Assembly (NCBI GenBank): GCA_951406725.2
Contig: OX597837.1
Coordinates: 34,286,001-34,350,000, forward strand
DNA from: Octopus vulgaris
Lineage: Eukaryota
Reading direction: 5' to 3'
Length of the DNA: 64,000 nucleotides
Shown here: positions 30,877-44,676 of the stretch, in pieces
How positions within the stretch are numbered: the first letter of the stretch is position 1
How the letters are laid out: every line of letters begins with the position of its first letter
Notes under the pieces: model-generated
Told to the model about the DNA's origin: nothing
The model's input: only the letters and a program-made list of their open reading frames with translations
Database searches by the model: none
Translations under genes and position numbers: made by a program

Positions 30877-30922
<46 letters not shown>

Positions 30923-31014
30923 CATACATACATATACACACATATATATACATATATATACTATATATATATATATATATATATGTATACATACACGCAC
31001 ATATATGCATATAT

Positions 31015-31062
<48 letters not shown>

Positions 31063-31084
31063 GCACGCACGTACATATGCCTGT

Positions 31085-31124
<40 letters not shown>

Positions 31125-31353
31125 TCACACATGCGCGTACACCTACAGCACAAAACAATATTGTCTCCTCGTCATGTGAGGTTAATTAATAATCTCTGTA
31201 CGCAATCACGTGTATTACGATCACGTGACTATATTCGCACTCGCTATTCATTCACATAGGGTACACGCCCAGTCACCTTCAGCACACCTCCCCCTACATA
31301 CCCACAGGTTCCAACACACACACGCACACCACACACACACACACATATATGCA

Positions 31354-31406
<53 letters not shown>

Positions 31407-31614
31407 CCCTTTTACTCTGTTACTTGTTTCAGGGATTTGAGTGTGACCATGCTGGAGCACCGCCTTTTAGTTGAAAAAATCGGTCCATAAGCTTATTCTT
31501 TGTAAAACCTGGTACTTATTCTAACCGCTAAATTACGGGGATGTAAACACATCAACATCGGTTTTTAAGCGATGGAGAAGGAACAAACACAAACACAAAT
31601 ACACACAAATATAT

Positions 31615-31711
<97 letters not shown>

Positions 31712-31881
31712 GTATATATATATATATATAGACTTCTTCCAGTTTCTGTCAACCAAATCCACTGGCATAGCTCTGGCCGCCTATAGCAGAAGATACTTGT
31801 CCAAGGTGCCACGCAGTAGGACTGAACCTGGAACCATATGGTTGGGAAGCAAGCTTCTTAGCACACAGTCGCACACGCGCC
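31407..31881 (-). mobile_element. SINE family A, diverged
   Basis: Reverse-complement head and tail motifs. Confidence 0.82.
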
Positions 31882-31894
31882 TATATATATAGAT

Positions 31895-31940
<46 letters not shown>

Positions 31941-32129
31941 ACAAATATATATAAATATATATATACATATATATGCACATATATATCTAATATAGTAAAT
32001 GCGAAGATTAATTTCTGTGTGTCAGTGTGTCACTGACGACTCCTCTTCTCTCACAATTCATTGACACTCCTACTATTGCTCATGTTGGGGTGATAGTAAT
32101 AGTAGGCATAGAGACGGTGTGAGTGGTGG

Positions 32130-32173
<44 letters not shown>

Positions 32174-32409
32174 GAGAGAGAGAAAAAGAAAGAGAAGGAG
32201 AGAAATAGAGACAAAGAAATTTAGGGAGAGTTGATGATGTTTTTATGAAAAATAGTAGTGGTGATGGTGGCAGTGGGAGTAATAGAGAAAGAGTAGGTAT
32301 GTGAGAGAAAGAGGGACTGAACATTGAACTAACATACTGAACTAACATACTGAACGAACACACACATTTAGCCATTTTGTGATGGTAATAGCGTGATAGT
32401 AATAGTATG

Positions 32410-32831
32410 AGCTCATGGAATGTGATGGAAACATAAACCCAGATAAATATGTATCCATATTGCAGAAAGGGTTCCTGCCAATCTTCTCCAATGACGAAAT
32501 GATTAAAGAAGACTCTATATCTATGGAAGATGGGGCTCCTTGTCACATGGCTAAAAAGACCGAAGATTGGTTGGAAAAGAATGGCGTTAAAAAACTACCC
32601 TGGCCACGCCAGTCAGTCACCAGATATGAAACTTATTGAACACCTCTAAGGCAAATGGACAGGGCACTTTATAAAAAGAACAAAAAGGCATCCCCAAAGC
32701 CGGATCTTTTGAGATTACTGCATGGAACTTGGCAAGAAATTCCCCAAGAGAATATTCGTCATCTGATAGGTAGCATACCTTATTGGACCTTTGCATTGAA
32801 AAATGCAAAAGGTATGTCTACTAAATATTAG
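32410..32831 (+). pseudogene. Tc1-type DDE transposase C-terminal fragment, frameshifted
   Basis: GNINPDKYVSILQ...MEDGAPCH.AK.T..WLEKNGVKKLPWP.QS, then PDM..IEHL* and terminal AKGMSTKY*, all Tc1 hallmarks. Confidence 0.9.
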
Positions 32832-32934
32832 ATATTCACATTATAATAATTAATTAATGATCTGAATGTAATAATTTTTTATTATTATATGGGTGTCTAT
32901 TTACTTCTGTCGTGTATGTCTGTGTAAGTATGTG

Positions 32935-33005
<71 letters not shown>

Positions 33006-33130
33006 ATTGAAGAAATGGAGTTGAACGGTTTACCTCCAACCGTGCTTTCTTCTGCTGTGATTTTTGCTACCAAGGTATCGGTTAAACTTTTGATTAATCT
33101 GCCACAAGATTATTCATCTTTCTATTTCAC

Positions 33131-33169
<39 letters not shown>

Positions 33170-33207
33170 ACATATACATACACATGCATACACACATAAT
33201 CATATAC

Positions 33208-33271
<64 letters not shown>

Positions 33272-33366
33272 CATCATGTTGAACCGTTAATCCCTACACA
33301 TTTTTCTCCCTCTCCGTTTCTTATTTTTCTTTTTCAACGTCTCTCCTTTTTTTCTCTCCTTAATCA

Positions 33367-33401
33367 TTTCTGCCGAAGAGCGTAGGCTCGAAACGTAAAA
33401 G
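33367..33401 (+). ncRNA. Minimal hammerhead motif, A6>C core variant
   Basis: ttt-CTGCCGA-agagc gtag gctc-GAAA-C-GTA-aaa. Confidence 0.55.
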
Positions 33402-33500
33402 CCTTCCCAAGTATCAAACTAATACACCTGCTTTTTGTTCCAACAGCTATCTTCGTCTTTAGTTGTCTGTAAATTTGAACTATACATATGTGTATATACA

Positions 33501-33536
<36 letters not shown>

Positions 33537-33594
33537 TGTATGTATGTATGTATGTATGTATGTATGTATGTGTATATATATATATATATATATG

Positions 33595-33720
33595 GACGAC
33601 CACAACTTTGAAGATGAAACAACTTAAAAACTAGGCATCTCCAGAAAGCTGTTATTAGGGGGAGCTAGGATACTTAGGCGGGTTCTTAGTATCTAAGGTT
33701 ACTAATCTGCTGTGTGTATA

Positions 33721-33756
<36 letters not shown>
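33595..33756 (+). mobile_element. 3' end of an R4/Dong-like non-LTR retrotransposon with a (TAA)n tail
   Basis: LQKAV / LGGARILRRVLSI* (stop 33694-33696, one frameshift) matches the 'LQKAVLLGTARILRKVL' type C-terminus; short UTR, then (TAA)n. Confidence 0.7.
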
Positions 33757-33790
<34 letters not shown>

Positions 33791-34437
33791 CAGTAGTAGT
33801 AGCAACAACAACAAAAACAACAATAATTCCATGCTAATTAAGAAAATAAAATTTCAATTACATAAAATTAAATGTTAATTGGTTTTCTGCGCATGCTTAC
33901 TTCCAAATTCCACGCCATCTTTCAGCCGTTTATAATATTCTAACACAGTGTTTCTGATATTTCCTAGCTTTGATCTCAGTAAAGGCGGCCATGATAAGCT
34001 CTTTCGCTTCCGGTTTGTATTTCAGATCGGCGTAACACCTATCGATTTGATTTATCTTATCTACTAGGAAGAAAGCACAGAGCGAGATACGAGAAGCTTG
34101 CGAGTAAGTGAGTCGGGTTTTCCAAACAAAGACTTGCCAACTGAAAGCATTGTTTCTGTTTTGCCGACAAGTGAAGTCTTACACGCAACCGGAAATATTG
34201 CAAATCGAGTGGGGGTGGTGGTGGTGTCCTTTTTATCATTATTTTAGGTGTGTCAGTATTTTAGGTTTATCTGACTCGAAGGTGTGACTGTTGTTAAGAA
34301 GTGGTTGTGTGTTTCCCGACCAAATGGAACAGGGTTCAGTCCCACTGCGAGACATCTTGTGGGCGAATGTCTTGTACTCTAGCTGCAAGCTGCCCAAAGC
34401 CTTGTGAGTGGATTTGGTAGGCAGAAACTGAGAGACG

Positions 34438-34551
<114 letters not shown>

Positions 34552-34633
34552 AAAAGAATCTTGCGAGAATCTTGGTGGACAGGACAGGTCAGTTTTAGCT
34601 TCCCTACTATTATAATGTAAACCTTTTTGAACT

Positions 34634-35003
34634 CAATATTCTGTGCGTGTATACCAATATTCTACTGAACATTTTTAATAATTCCTTCTGGAAATTATCT
34701 TGAGAATGTATAATATATTTGTTGTAATGTCTTGTGCCCAATATTTCAATGAACTTGTTAAACGTTTTTATGTTCTCAACATGCTCTTGTCACCAAAGAA
34801 TGTATATATATATATATATGGATTGTAGTACTCTGTGTCAACCAATATTCTGTGCGTGTTTGAATATACAGATACAATACCAATACCAATATCCCACTGA
34901 ACTTTTTAATAATTCCTTCTGGAAACTATCTTAAGCATGTTCTTGAGAATGATTATTTATGTAGTAATCTTTTGTGCCCAATATTTTAAGGAACTTGTTA
35001 AAC
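34634..35003. repeat. Degenerate tandem duplication, period about 210-240 bp
   Basis: CAATATTCTGTGCGTGT, TTTTTAATAATTCCTTCTGGAAA and GTGCCCAATATTT..GAACTTGTTAAAC each occur twice in the same order. Confidence 0.8.
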
Positions 35004-35198
35004 TTTGTCCTTAACAGGGACATGTCCTTAACATGTCCCTGTTACCAAAGACTGTATATATGTAATGTAGCAATTTGTAACAACCAATAATTAACGCAAC
35101 CAAACTTCTACATGTTACTTTTGACAATCTTTTTCCAAAGAGTGAAACCGGTAAAGTAAATAAACATCTTTTAAAATTGCATTTACAAACCTTCTTTC

Positions 35199-35278
<80 letters not shown>

Positions 35279-35341
35279 ATACATGTGTATGTGTGTATGT
35301 AACATTGCGTTTTAAATGCCATCATATACGGTAACAAAACT

Positions 35342-36590
35342 GGGGGCTAATGCAGTTTCGCACCTCTCCTTGAAAAATGCTTCTTTTTTGGGAAATATTT
35401 TTTCGGATTCCTACGTTTTAGATGTCGGAGATTATGAATATGCAAAAAAAAAATTTATTCCCCCATCCACCCCCAATAAAAATTTTCGATTTTGTTTACT
35501 TTCAAGAGATCGTAGCGGATTGACGAACAAAGCAAATCGAAAATAAATACAGATAAAAACATTAAAGTGAAAAGAATTTGCGTTTTACTTGTGTTTGCTT
35601 TAAATAATTGTAAATAATAATTTAATCTAAATTAAATATACACCATTTTATGAAAAACAAACATTAATGTTTAATAATTAATGTTGTAAAGTTTAATAAG
35701 GGGCTCAAATTTCAACCCCTCCCCCAATTTTATATTTTAAACGTTTTGATCCATTTATTTATTTGTCTGTCTGTCTATTTATTCTTGTCCGTTTATTCAT
35801 AAAAATATAGTTGTCAACTAAATGTGGCGGTCTCCTATAGAGGACGGTGCTACTGTTGTTTTTAATCCCAGGAAAACATTCATATCTATCTATCTCTTTA
35901 TACACATATCGTTACTCTCTCTCTTTTACTCTTTTACTTGTTTCAGTCATTTGACTGCGACCATGCTGGAGCACCGCCTTTAGTCGAGCAAATCGACCCC
36001 GGGACTTATTCTTTGTAAGCCCAGTACTTATTCTATCGGTCTCTATTGCCGAACCTCTAAGTGACGGGGACGTAAACACACCAGCATCGGTTGTCGAGCG
36101 ATGCTAGGGGGACAAACACAAACACACAAACATACACACACACACACACACATATATATATACATATATACGACAGGCTTCTTTCAGTTTCCGTCTACCA
36201 AATCCACTCACAAGGCATTGGTCGGCCCGAGGCTATAGCAGAAGACACTTGCCCAAGGTGCCACGCAGTGGGATTGAACCCGGGACCATGTGGTTGGTTA
36301 GCAAGCTACATACCACAGAGCCACTCCTGCGCCTATTTGCTTTTGAATTTAAAATTTTGAAAACGTGGTTTCTTGCATATTCGGAATCTCCGTCATCTAA
36401 AACATAAGGGACAGAAACATTTCAAAAAAGTTCAAAATTTTAATGGGGAGGAGGAGTGATGGTGGTGGTGAAGGGGTTAAATTTTTTTTTGCATATTCGT
36501 AATCACCCACATCTAAAACGTAGGAATCCGAAAAATCTTTTTCAAAACAATGCATTTTTCAAGGAGAGGTGTAAAACTGTATTAGCTCCT
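35342..36590. mobile_element. Non-autonomous DNA transposon (MITE-like) with about 125-bp imperfect TIRs and a nested SINE
   Basis: GCTAATGCAGTTTCGCACCTCTCCTTGAAAAATGC...TTCGGATTCCTACGTTTTAGATGT is mirrored by ACATCTAAAACGTAGGAATCCGAA...GCATTTTTCAAGGAGAGGTGTAAAACTGTATTAGC. Confidence 0.85.
35921..36333 (-). mobile_element. SINE family A, full length, nested in the MITE
   Basis: Reverse complement of the family consensus. Confidence 0.93.
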
Positions 36591-36824
36591 CCCCAACACA
36601 CCACCAAAAAAATGGACAGGTAGTGAAGGAGGTGCTACTGAAAGTATAAACATCAGAGCAAGACCGTCACCCTGTTGTACACCTCTGCCGCATTCTATCA
36701 GTGACAGTAAGTTATGTATAAGTGTTATTTATAAATATGCGCGCCTAACTGTTGTGTTGTTGTTGTTGTTCTCTGATTAACCAGACTAATGGGTTATGAC
36801 GCTCCAGTCGTGACTATCACGTTT

Positions 36825-36857
<33 letters not shown>

Positions 36858-36870
36858 GTCATCTTCTTCT

Positions 36871-36902
<32 letters not shown>

Positions 36903-37485
36903 TTCTTCTTCTTCTTCTTCTTCTCCTTCTTCTTCTCCTTCTTCTTCTTCTTTTTCCTCTTTTTGCTTGCGTTTCTTCTGTTTGTGTGTGTGCGTGCGTG
37001 CGTGTGTGTGCTGGTGTGTATGTGTGCTGATGTGTGTGTCTGTGTGTGTGGGTATGTGTATCGGTCTGTGTGCATTGGTGTATATGTGCCTGTAGGTGTA
37101 TGTATGCATGTGTATGTGTGTCTATATTGCCGTGTGTGCATGTGTTGGTTTGTATGTGCGAGTGTGTGTGTGTGTGCGTGTGCCAGTGTATGTGTGTGTG
37201 TGTGTGTACGCTGGAGTGTAAATAAATGTAATCATATACAGCGCAATGTTGATACAGACATAACACCTGCGACTTAGCTATGTATTTCTACATACCTGAA
37301 TAACAATACACAAACGCTCACACACACACACACATACACACACAAACACACACACACAGATAAATGTACGCCCACTCACACACATACATGCAAATGTATA
37401 CACATGAAAATACATATGCACGCACACAAGCACACATATAATAGCCATACAATCATACTCACAAACGCACTAACCCACATCCATA

Positions 37486-37556
<71 letters not shown>

Positions 37557-37744
37557 GGACAAGCATACTAACACCTTTTCGCAGAACACAAACACAGACA
37601 CACGGCTCACGCACAACCACAGACACTCGCCCCTCCACCTAAAGACCACCCATATCTAACGCTGTTAATACTTTAAGCCGCTCTCCGCTATTCAAATCTG
37701 CCTTAACACCCTTATTATGCTATTTATGCCCGTCGCATCGAAAT

Positions 37745-37780
<36 letters not shown>

Positions 37781-37874
37781 ATGTATGCACATATACACAC
37801 ATACACACACTCATATATAAACTAGCAGGCACACACGTGTATATATGTATCTGTATGTAATATATCTGTATGTA

Positions 37875-37932
<58 letters not shown>

Positions 37933-37937
37933 TATAT

Positions 37938-37991
<54 letters not shown>

Positions 37992-38084
37992 CTATTAATT
38001 TGTAGCCCTCACGTAAACGCAACCTCTAATTTTCACCCTTCCTTTCAAACCCATCACCGCAACCGCACCCCCATGCCGCCGCCG

Positions 38085-39480
38085 CCACTACCACGACCAT
38101 CACCTCCACCACCACCACCACCACTACACCACCACCACCACCACCACCACCACCACCACCACCACTACCACAACCACCACCACAACCTCAACCACCACCA
38201 CCACCTCAACCACCACCACAACCACCACCACCACAACCACCACCACAACCACCACCACCACCACTACCACAACCACCACAACCACCACCACCACCACAAC
38301 CACCACTACCACAACCACCACCACTACCACTACTACCACCACCACCACCACCACCACAACCACCCCTGCAACAACAATATCAACAACATGCAGGGAACAA
38401 TAGTAGTTGGGAAGAGTTCCCCCTCTTCGCCACGGCTGAGATCAAAGACCAGCGACGATGGATGAGGTCCACAACGTCTCTTCTCTTTCCTGAATTTTCC
38501 ATCGTTTCTTCGGCAGAAAATTAAAAGTTGATGGGTCGGTGGGTGGATTTCGTGTTGTGTTGTGGGGGTGGGGCATGGGGAGGAATGAGAGCGGGGAGGC
38601 ACCGCTCCTGGCTGAGTAAGCAAACACTCTCTTATAAATACCTCCTGGCTTTTTTTCAGTCTCAAACTCCACAGATATCATCGTCGAAATCGCCGTCGTT
38701 TTTATCATCATCATTGTTATCATCGTCAAAACCATGACCATCACCACCACCAGCACCACCAGCACCACCACCACCACTACCACCATCCACCAGCACCACC
38801 ACCACCATCAATTCCACCACCACCACCACCACCACCAACAACAACAACAACCACCACCACCACCACCATCCACCACCACCACCGCCCACCAATTCCACCA
38901 CCACCACCAATTCCACCACCACCATCACCACCACCACCACCACAACCACCACCACCACCATCACCACCACATCGCTGCCACTACAACCATCATCATGATC
39001 TTTAACATCGTCATCATCATCATCATCGTCGTCGTTGTAGTCATTGTCACCACCACCACCACCACCACCACCACCACCACCAACAACAACACACCACCAC
39101 CACCACCACCACCACCACCACCACCACCACCACCACCACCACCACTACCAAAACCACAACCACAACCACAACCACCACCACCACTACCACAACCACCACC
39201 ACCACCAACACCACCACCACCAACACCACCACCACAACCACCACCACCACCACCACCACCACCACCACCACCACCAACACAACCACCACCACCACCACCA
39301 CTACCACACCACCACAACCACCACCACCACAACCACCACCACTACCACAACCACCACCACCACCACCACCACCAATTCCACCACCATCACCACCACCATC
39401 ACCACCACCACCATCACCACCACCACCATCACCACCACCATCACCACCACCACCATCACCACCACCACCATCATCATCTT
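38085..39480. repeat. Large compound (ACC)n-derived tract interrupted by a unique island at 38390-38700
   Basis: Directly visible. Confidence 0.95.
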
Positions 39481-39764
39481 CATAAAATATTTAATAACTA
39501 CAATAACATCATCCCTTCCTCTTCTCCAGTTTATCCAAATGGTTTTTCACTCTGCATAAACATATGTATGTATATATGTATGTATGTATGTATGCGTGAA
39601 TGTATGAATGTGTGTATGTATGTTTATATGTCTTATGTATGTGTGTGTGTGTGTGTGTGTATGTATGCGTATGAATGTATGCGCATTGACAAGAGGTTGC
39701 CTGTTTGAAGACCTGTGATGTAAAACTCCGAGAAAGCCCAAACTGGAGCACTTGTTGATTCCTA

Positions 39765-39845
<81 letters not shown>

Positions 39846-40504
39846 ACACACACACACTCACACACACTCACACACATACAACGTATGAAGAATGAAGATG
39901 CATCATCAACGATTTACTTTGCTTACAAGTGTTTCGATTAACCTGGCAGAACGCAAGACCAGCACATTGCAGTATGGACTTTTCATCGATTTCATCGATT
40001 CTTCATTCGATCGTTCAAACTTTCGAAAAAACATACTGCTTCTAGGTGCGGCGTAGGTATAAAAAATATCATGGATGGAGTTTACATACACACATACATA
40101 AATACATACATACATACATACATAAATACATACATACATACATACATACATACATACATACATACATACATACATACGTACATACACACATACATGCATG
40201 CATACATACATACATACATACACGCATACATACATACATACATACATACATACATACATACATACATACATACATACATACATACATACATACATACTTA
40301 AGTACCAATCTTGAGAAATAAGGCTTCTCAAAATCAGAAAGGAGATAATTGATTCGAAGACTACAGATCCAAGCCATTACAGGAACTGTAAAAATCTGTA
40401 AAACTTTCATGAAGTTTACCATTTTAAGTATATATGCGCATGTCCAGACATGCAACTATATGCATGAGAATACATATATAAAACAAAACATACAAAAATG
40501 TACG

Positions 40505-40549
<45 letters not shown>

Positions 40550-40841
40550 GAACTCGAATGGGGTTTAAAATTTGTGACAGCTGTTTCAGTAATATTGGTG
40601 TATTGAAAGATTACAGCATAGCGTCCATCATCTTCAGGTAAAGTTTTAAACAGGTATCTGCAGGTGAGATAATACATTGATGACGACAAATCATGGATAA
40701 GGTATTATCTTACCTGTTGATACCTGTTTAAAATTATACCGGAAGATGAAAATTATACCTGAAGATATGCGATGATGTAATCTATAAATACATCAATACT
40801 ACCGAAACAGCTGTCGTAAGTTTTAAACCTCATTCGTGTTC
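40550..40841. mobile_element. About 290-bp palindromic element with a type I hammerhead motif on each strand
   Basis: Plus: CTGAAGA(40759-40765)...GAAA(40804-40807)-CAGCT-GTC(40813-40815). Minus: CTGAAGA(40637-40631)...GAAA-CAGCT-GTC(40578-40576). The arms are diverged reverse complements. Confidence 0.75.
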
Positions 40842-42058
40842 TTTTATGTGTGTGTATGTGTGTGTGCGTGTGTGTGTGTATGTATGTATGTATGTATGTA
40901 TGTATGTACGTACGTGTGCATGTATGTATGTATGTATGTACGTACGTGTGCATGTATGTATGTATGTATGTATGCGTGTATGTATGTGTGTATGTATGTA
41001 TGTATGTATGTATGTATGTATGTATTTATGTATGTATGTATGTATGTATGTATGTATGTATGTATGTATGTACGTACGTGTGCATGTATGTATGTATGTA
41101 CGTACGTGTGCATGTATGTATGTATGTATGCATGTATGTATGCGTGTATGTATGTATGTATGTATGTATGTATGTATGTATGTATGTATGTATGTATGTA
41201 TGTATGCGTGTATGTATGTATGTATGTATGCATGCATGTATGTGTGTATGTACGTATGTATGTATGTATGTATGTATGTATGTATGTATGTATGTATGTA
41301 TGCGTGTATGTATGTAAACACTGCCATCCCACTAATACTCCATGCTGTATATAGACACTAGGCAGCCTCTGCGTGCTAGAAATAGCAACTAAATATCCCT
41401 CTAATCATACTTTAAAGTGATTCCCTATTCACTGGAAAAGCTGGGAGGGCCAAGATTGGAATAACTTCGATCATAGGTTTGCTTTATTTAGGACTGAGTT
41501 GGGGTTAAACAACAAATACAACTGCAACCACAACACCAATACACCACCACTACAACCACAACCACAACTACAATCACAACCACCACCACCATCCACCCAC
41601 ATACCACCATCACCACCACCATCCCCATCAACATCACTATCCCCCGCCACCACTACCACCACCATACACACCGCTACTACCCTCATCTATCACAACTCTC
41701 ACCCCTCCCCACAAATATCTCCCTGACTGTGACCACCAAGGCCGTCAGTATTACGATGACGACGACCACCACCACCATCACCACCACCATCACCACCACC
41801 ACCACCGCCACCACCACTACCACCACCACCACCACCACCACCACCATCACCATCACCATCACCACCACCACCACCACCACCACCAGCGTCACCACCACCA
41901 CCACCACCATCACCACCACCACCACCACCACCATCACCACCACCACCACCACCACCACCACCACCACCACCACCACCACCACCACCACCACCACCACCAC
42001 CATCACCAACACCACCACCACCACCACCACCACCACCACCACCACCACCAACACCACC

Positions 42059-42152
<94 letters not shown>

Positions 42153-43060
42153 TCTCTTCCTTTTGAACGGCAGACAATTTCTAGTTAACTAAACACTTTT
42201 AAACTTCGTATACTGGTAGAATGTGTCAAAATAAAACATTTTTTTCTCTTGGCTTTCTTGAGAAAATTGTAATTTGTTTGTTTAACGTAGTTTAATTTTT
42301 CGAATTTTAACCAATCCTATGCTCTCTTTTGAGCTAAAATCATTTGCTGCGTCTAAAACTGAGACAACATCCTGTAACTAACCCCTAAACCTCCCCCTAA
42401 CCCTAACCCTAAATTTCTTTTTTCTTAATTGTTAAATTAATTTAATTGTTACGCGTGTAAAAAAAACTAAATTGCCGAAATGCTCGGATTTTCAGATGAA
42501 ATATCTTACAGGCGCAGGAGTGGCTGTGTGGTAAGTAGCTTGCTAACCAACCACATGGTTCCGGGTTCAGTCCCACTGCATGGCACCTTGGGCAAGTGTC
42601 TTCTGCTATAGCCCCGGGCCGACCAAAGCCTTGTAAGTGGATTTGGTAGACGGAAACTGAAAGAAGCCCGTCGTATATATGTATATATATGTATGTGTGT
42701 GTGTGTATATGTTTGTGTGACTGTGTTTGTCCCCCTAGCATTACTTGACAACCGATGCTGGTGCGTTTACGTCCCCGTCACTTAGCGGTTCGGCAAAAGA
42801 GACCGATAGAACAAGTACTGGGCTTACAAAGAATAAGTCCCGGGGTCGATTTGCTCGACTAAAGGCGGTGCTCCAGCATGGCCGCAGTCAAATGACTGAA
42901 ACAAGTAAAAGAGTAAAAGAGTAAAGAGTAAACTATAGAATTTTCTGAATAAAGCCAAGAGAAAAAGATGTTTTATAAACACATTCTACCAGTATACGTA
43001 GTTTAAAACTTTTTAGTTACCTAGAAATTATGTTACAAATTGCCGTTCAAAAGGAAAAGA
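42153..43060. mobile_element. MITE-like element with about 120-bp imperfect TIRs, internal (CCCTAA)-like repeats and a nested SINE
   Basis: TCTCTTCCTTTTGAACGGCA / TGCCGTTCAAAAGGAAAAGA termini; CGTATACTGGTAGAATGTGT / ACACATTCTACCAGTATACG inner match. Confidence 0.85.
42511..42931 (+). mobile_element. SINE family A, full length, nested in the MITE
   Basis: Complete head through tail. Confidence 0.93.
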
Positions 43061-43148
<88 letters not shown>

Positions 43149-43541
43149 TTATTATCACCATTACCATTACTACCGACAACAACAACAACAACAACATCAC
43201 TGCCACCGTCATTACTGCCACAACTACTATTACTAACTACTACCACCCACACCATCACCACCACTATCATCATCACCACCACCTACCACCACCACCACTA
43301 CCACCACTACCGCCAATACTACAAACAACACGTCTCTAATTGTGAAGTCATTAATGTCAATGTCTGAAGGAAGTGTTAGAGTTGACTGACAACTGTTGAT
43401 CTCTATCTTGAAGAAGACACACAGACAGACACACACATAGCACACACACTACCACCACAACACCAATACACCATTACCACCACCACCACCACCTCCATAA
43501 CGCCACCACCACCACCAACACCTACACCATACATATTTATA

Positions 43542-43662
<121 letters not shown>

Positions 43663-44292
43663 AAATTACTACGATGATCCGGTTCTTGACTGAAGACTGA
43701 GGGTTTCGAATGTCCTGTCCGTGTTTATTGTGTCGTCTTCTAAGAGTTATACGTTCTTGTCCATGTATTTTTCTACATACCTTAACATATATTCCAGGCG
43801 CCCCGTACCCCCTTAACATTTATGTGAGCACATATTCTTAATAATTGGTACGACTCTCTGTTTGTCTCTCTCTCTCTCTCATTTTTACTTGATCTGTCCC
43901 CCTCTCTCTCTTTTCTCTCTACTCATCCTCTTTTTCTCTTCTCTTTCCTCTGATTCTTTGGTTCTAGTCTTCCACTACCCTCCTATTTCTTTGTCTCGCT
44001 CTGCACTCACAGGTCATTCTTCGACACCCATCCCTTCTCCTCTCTGATTCCTTCTTTCTCTCTCTTCTCTCTCTTTGTTGCGTTTGTCCCTCCTCTCTCT
44101 CTCTCTTCCTTTGCTTCTCTTTCTTTTCTTTTCCCTCTTCTCTGTCACGTGACTGTTGGCCGAAATCTGCCTTTCAGCCTCTGACCCTCGTTCTGTTAAC
44201 ATCGCTGTTTTCGTCCGCCACTATAAAGGCTTTTTCCATTGCGCCAGAGAAAAAATTTGTTTGCTTGTTATCAGTCGTAAGACACTGTTGTT

Positions 44293-44625
44293 TTCACCGT
44301 TAATGCTTCTGTATTTCATGTTTCTGTATTCCATTATTGTTTTTTGTTTTTTTATATCTGTCCCTTTTGCTGTCCTGGTGTTCGTATGCATTCGATCCTT
44401 CTTCCAGGAAATCTACGCTTCCAGCTTAGTTTTTCTAATGCTCGTTGCTTGGTTTTTCTTGGAGGGCTGGCCGTGATCTAGTAATCTCAAGATTAATCAG
44501 CCGAAATTACTACGATGATCCGGTTCTTGACTGAAGACTGAGGGTTTCGAATGTCCTGTCCGTGTTTATTGTGTCGTCTTCTAAGAGTTATACGTTCTTG
44601 TCCATGTTGTATTTTTCTACATACC

Positions 44626-44629
<4 letters not shown>
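44293..44629 (-). mobile_element. Inverted near-identical copy of 30139-30474
   Basis: Direct comparison; the ORF track gives identical [44 protein letters not shown] translations. Confidence 0.9.

Positions 44630-44676
<47 letters not shown>

Noticed and set aside
31984-32070. Helitron-like 5' end (TCTAATATAGTAAATGCGAAG)
   Set aside because: No matching 3' hairpin and CTAG end was identified.
38734-39708. 324-aa His/Pro-rich ORF
   Set aside because: It switches between poly-T, poly-H and poly-P as the (ACC)n phase slips and ends in (TATG)n, so it is repeat-derived.
42381-42412. Interstitial telomere
   Set aside because: Only a few imperfect CCCTAA units, located inside a TIR-bounded element.
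44455-44560. Possible hammerheads in the 335-bp young repeat (ggctg...cagcc-GAAA; CTGAAGA...GAATGTC)
   Set aside because: The first has no CUGANGA-like core; the second lacks GAAA and any stem I or II pairing.
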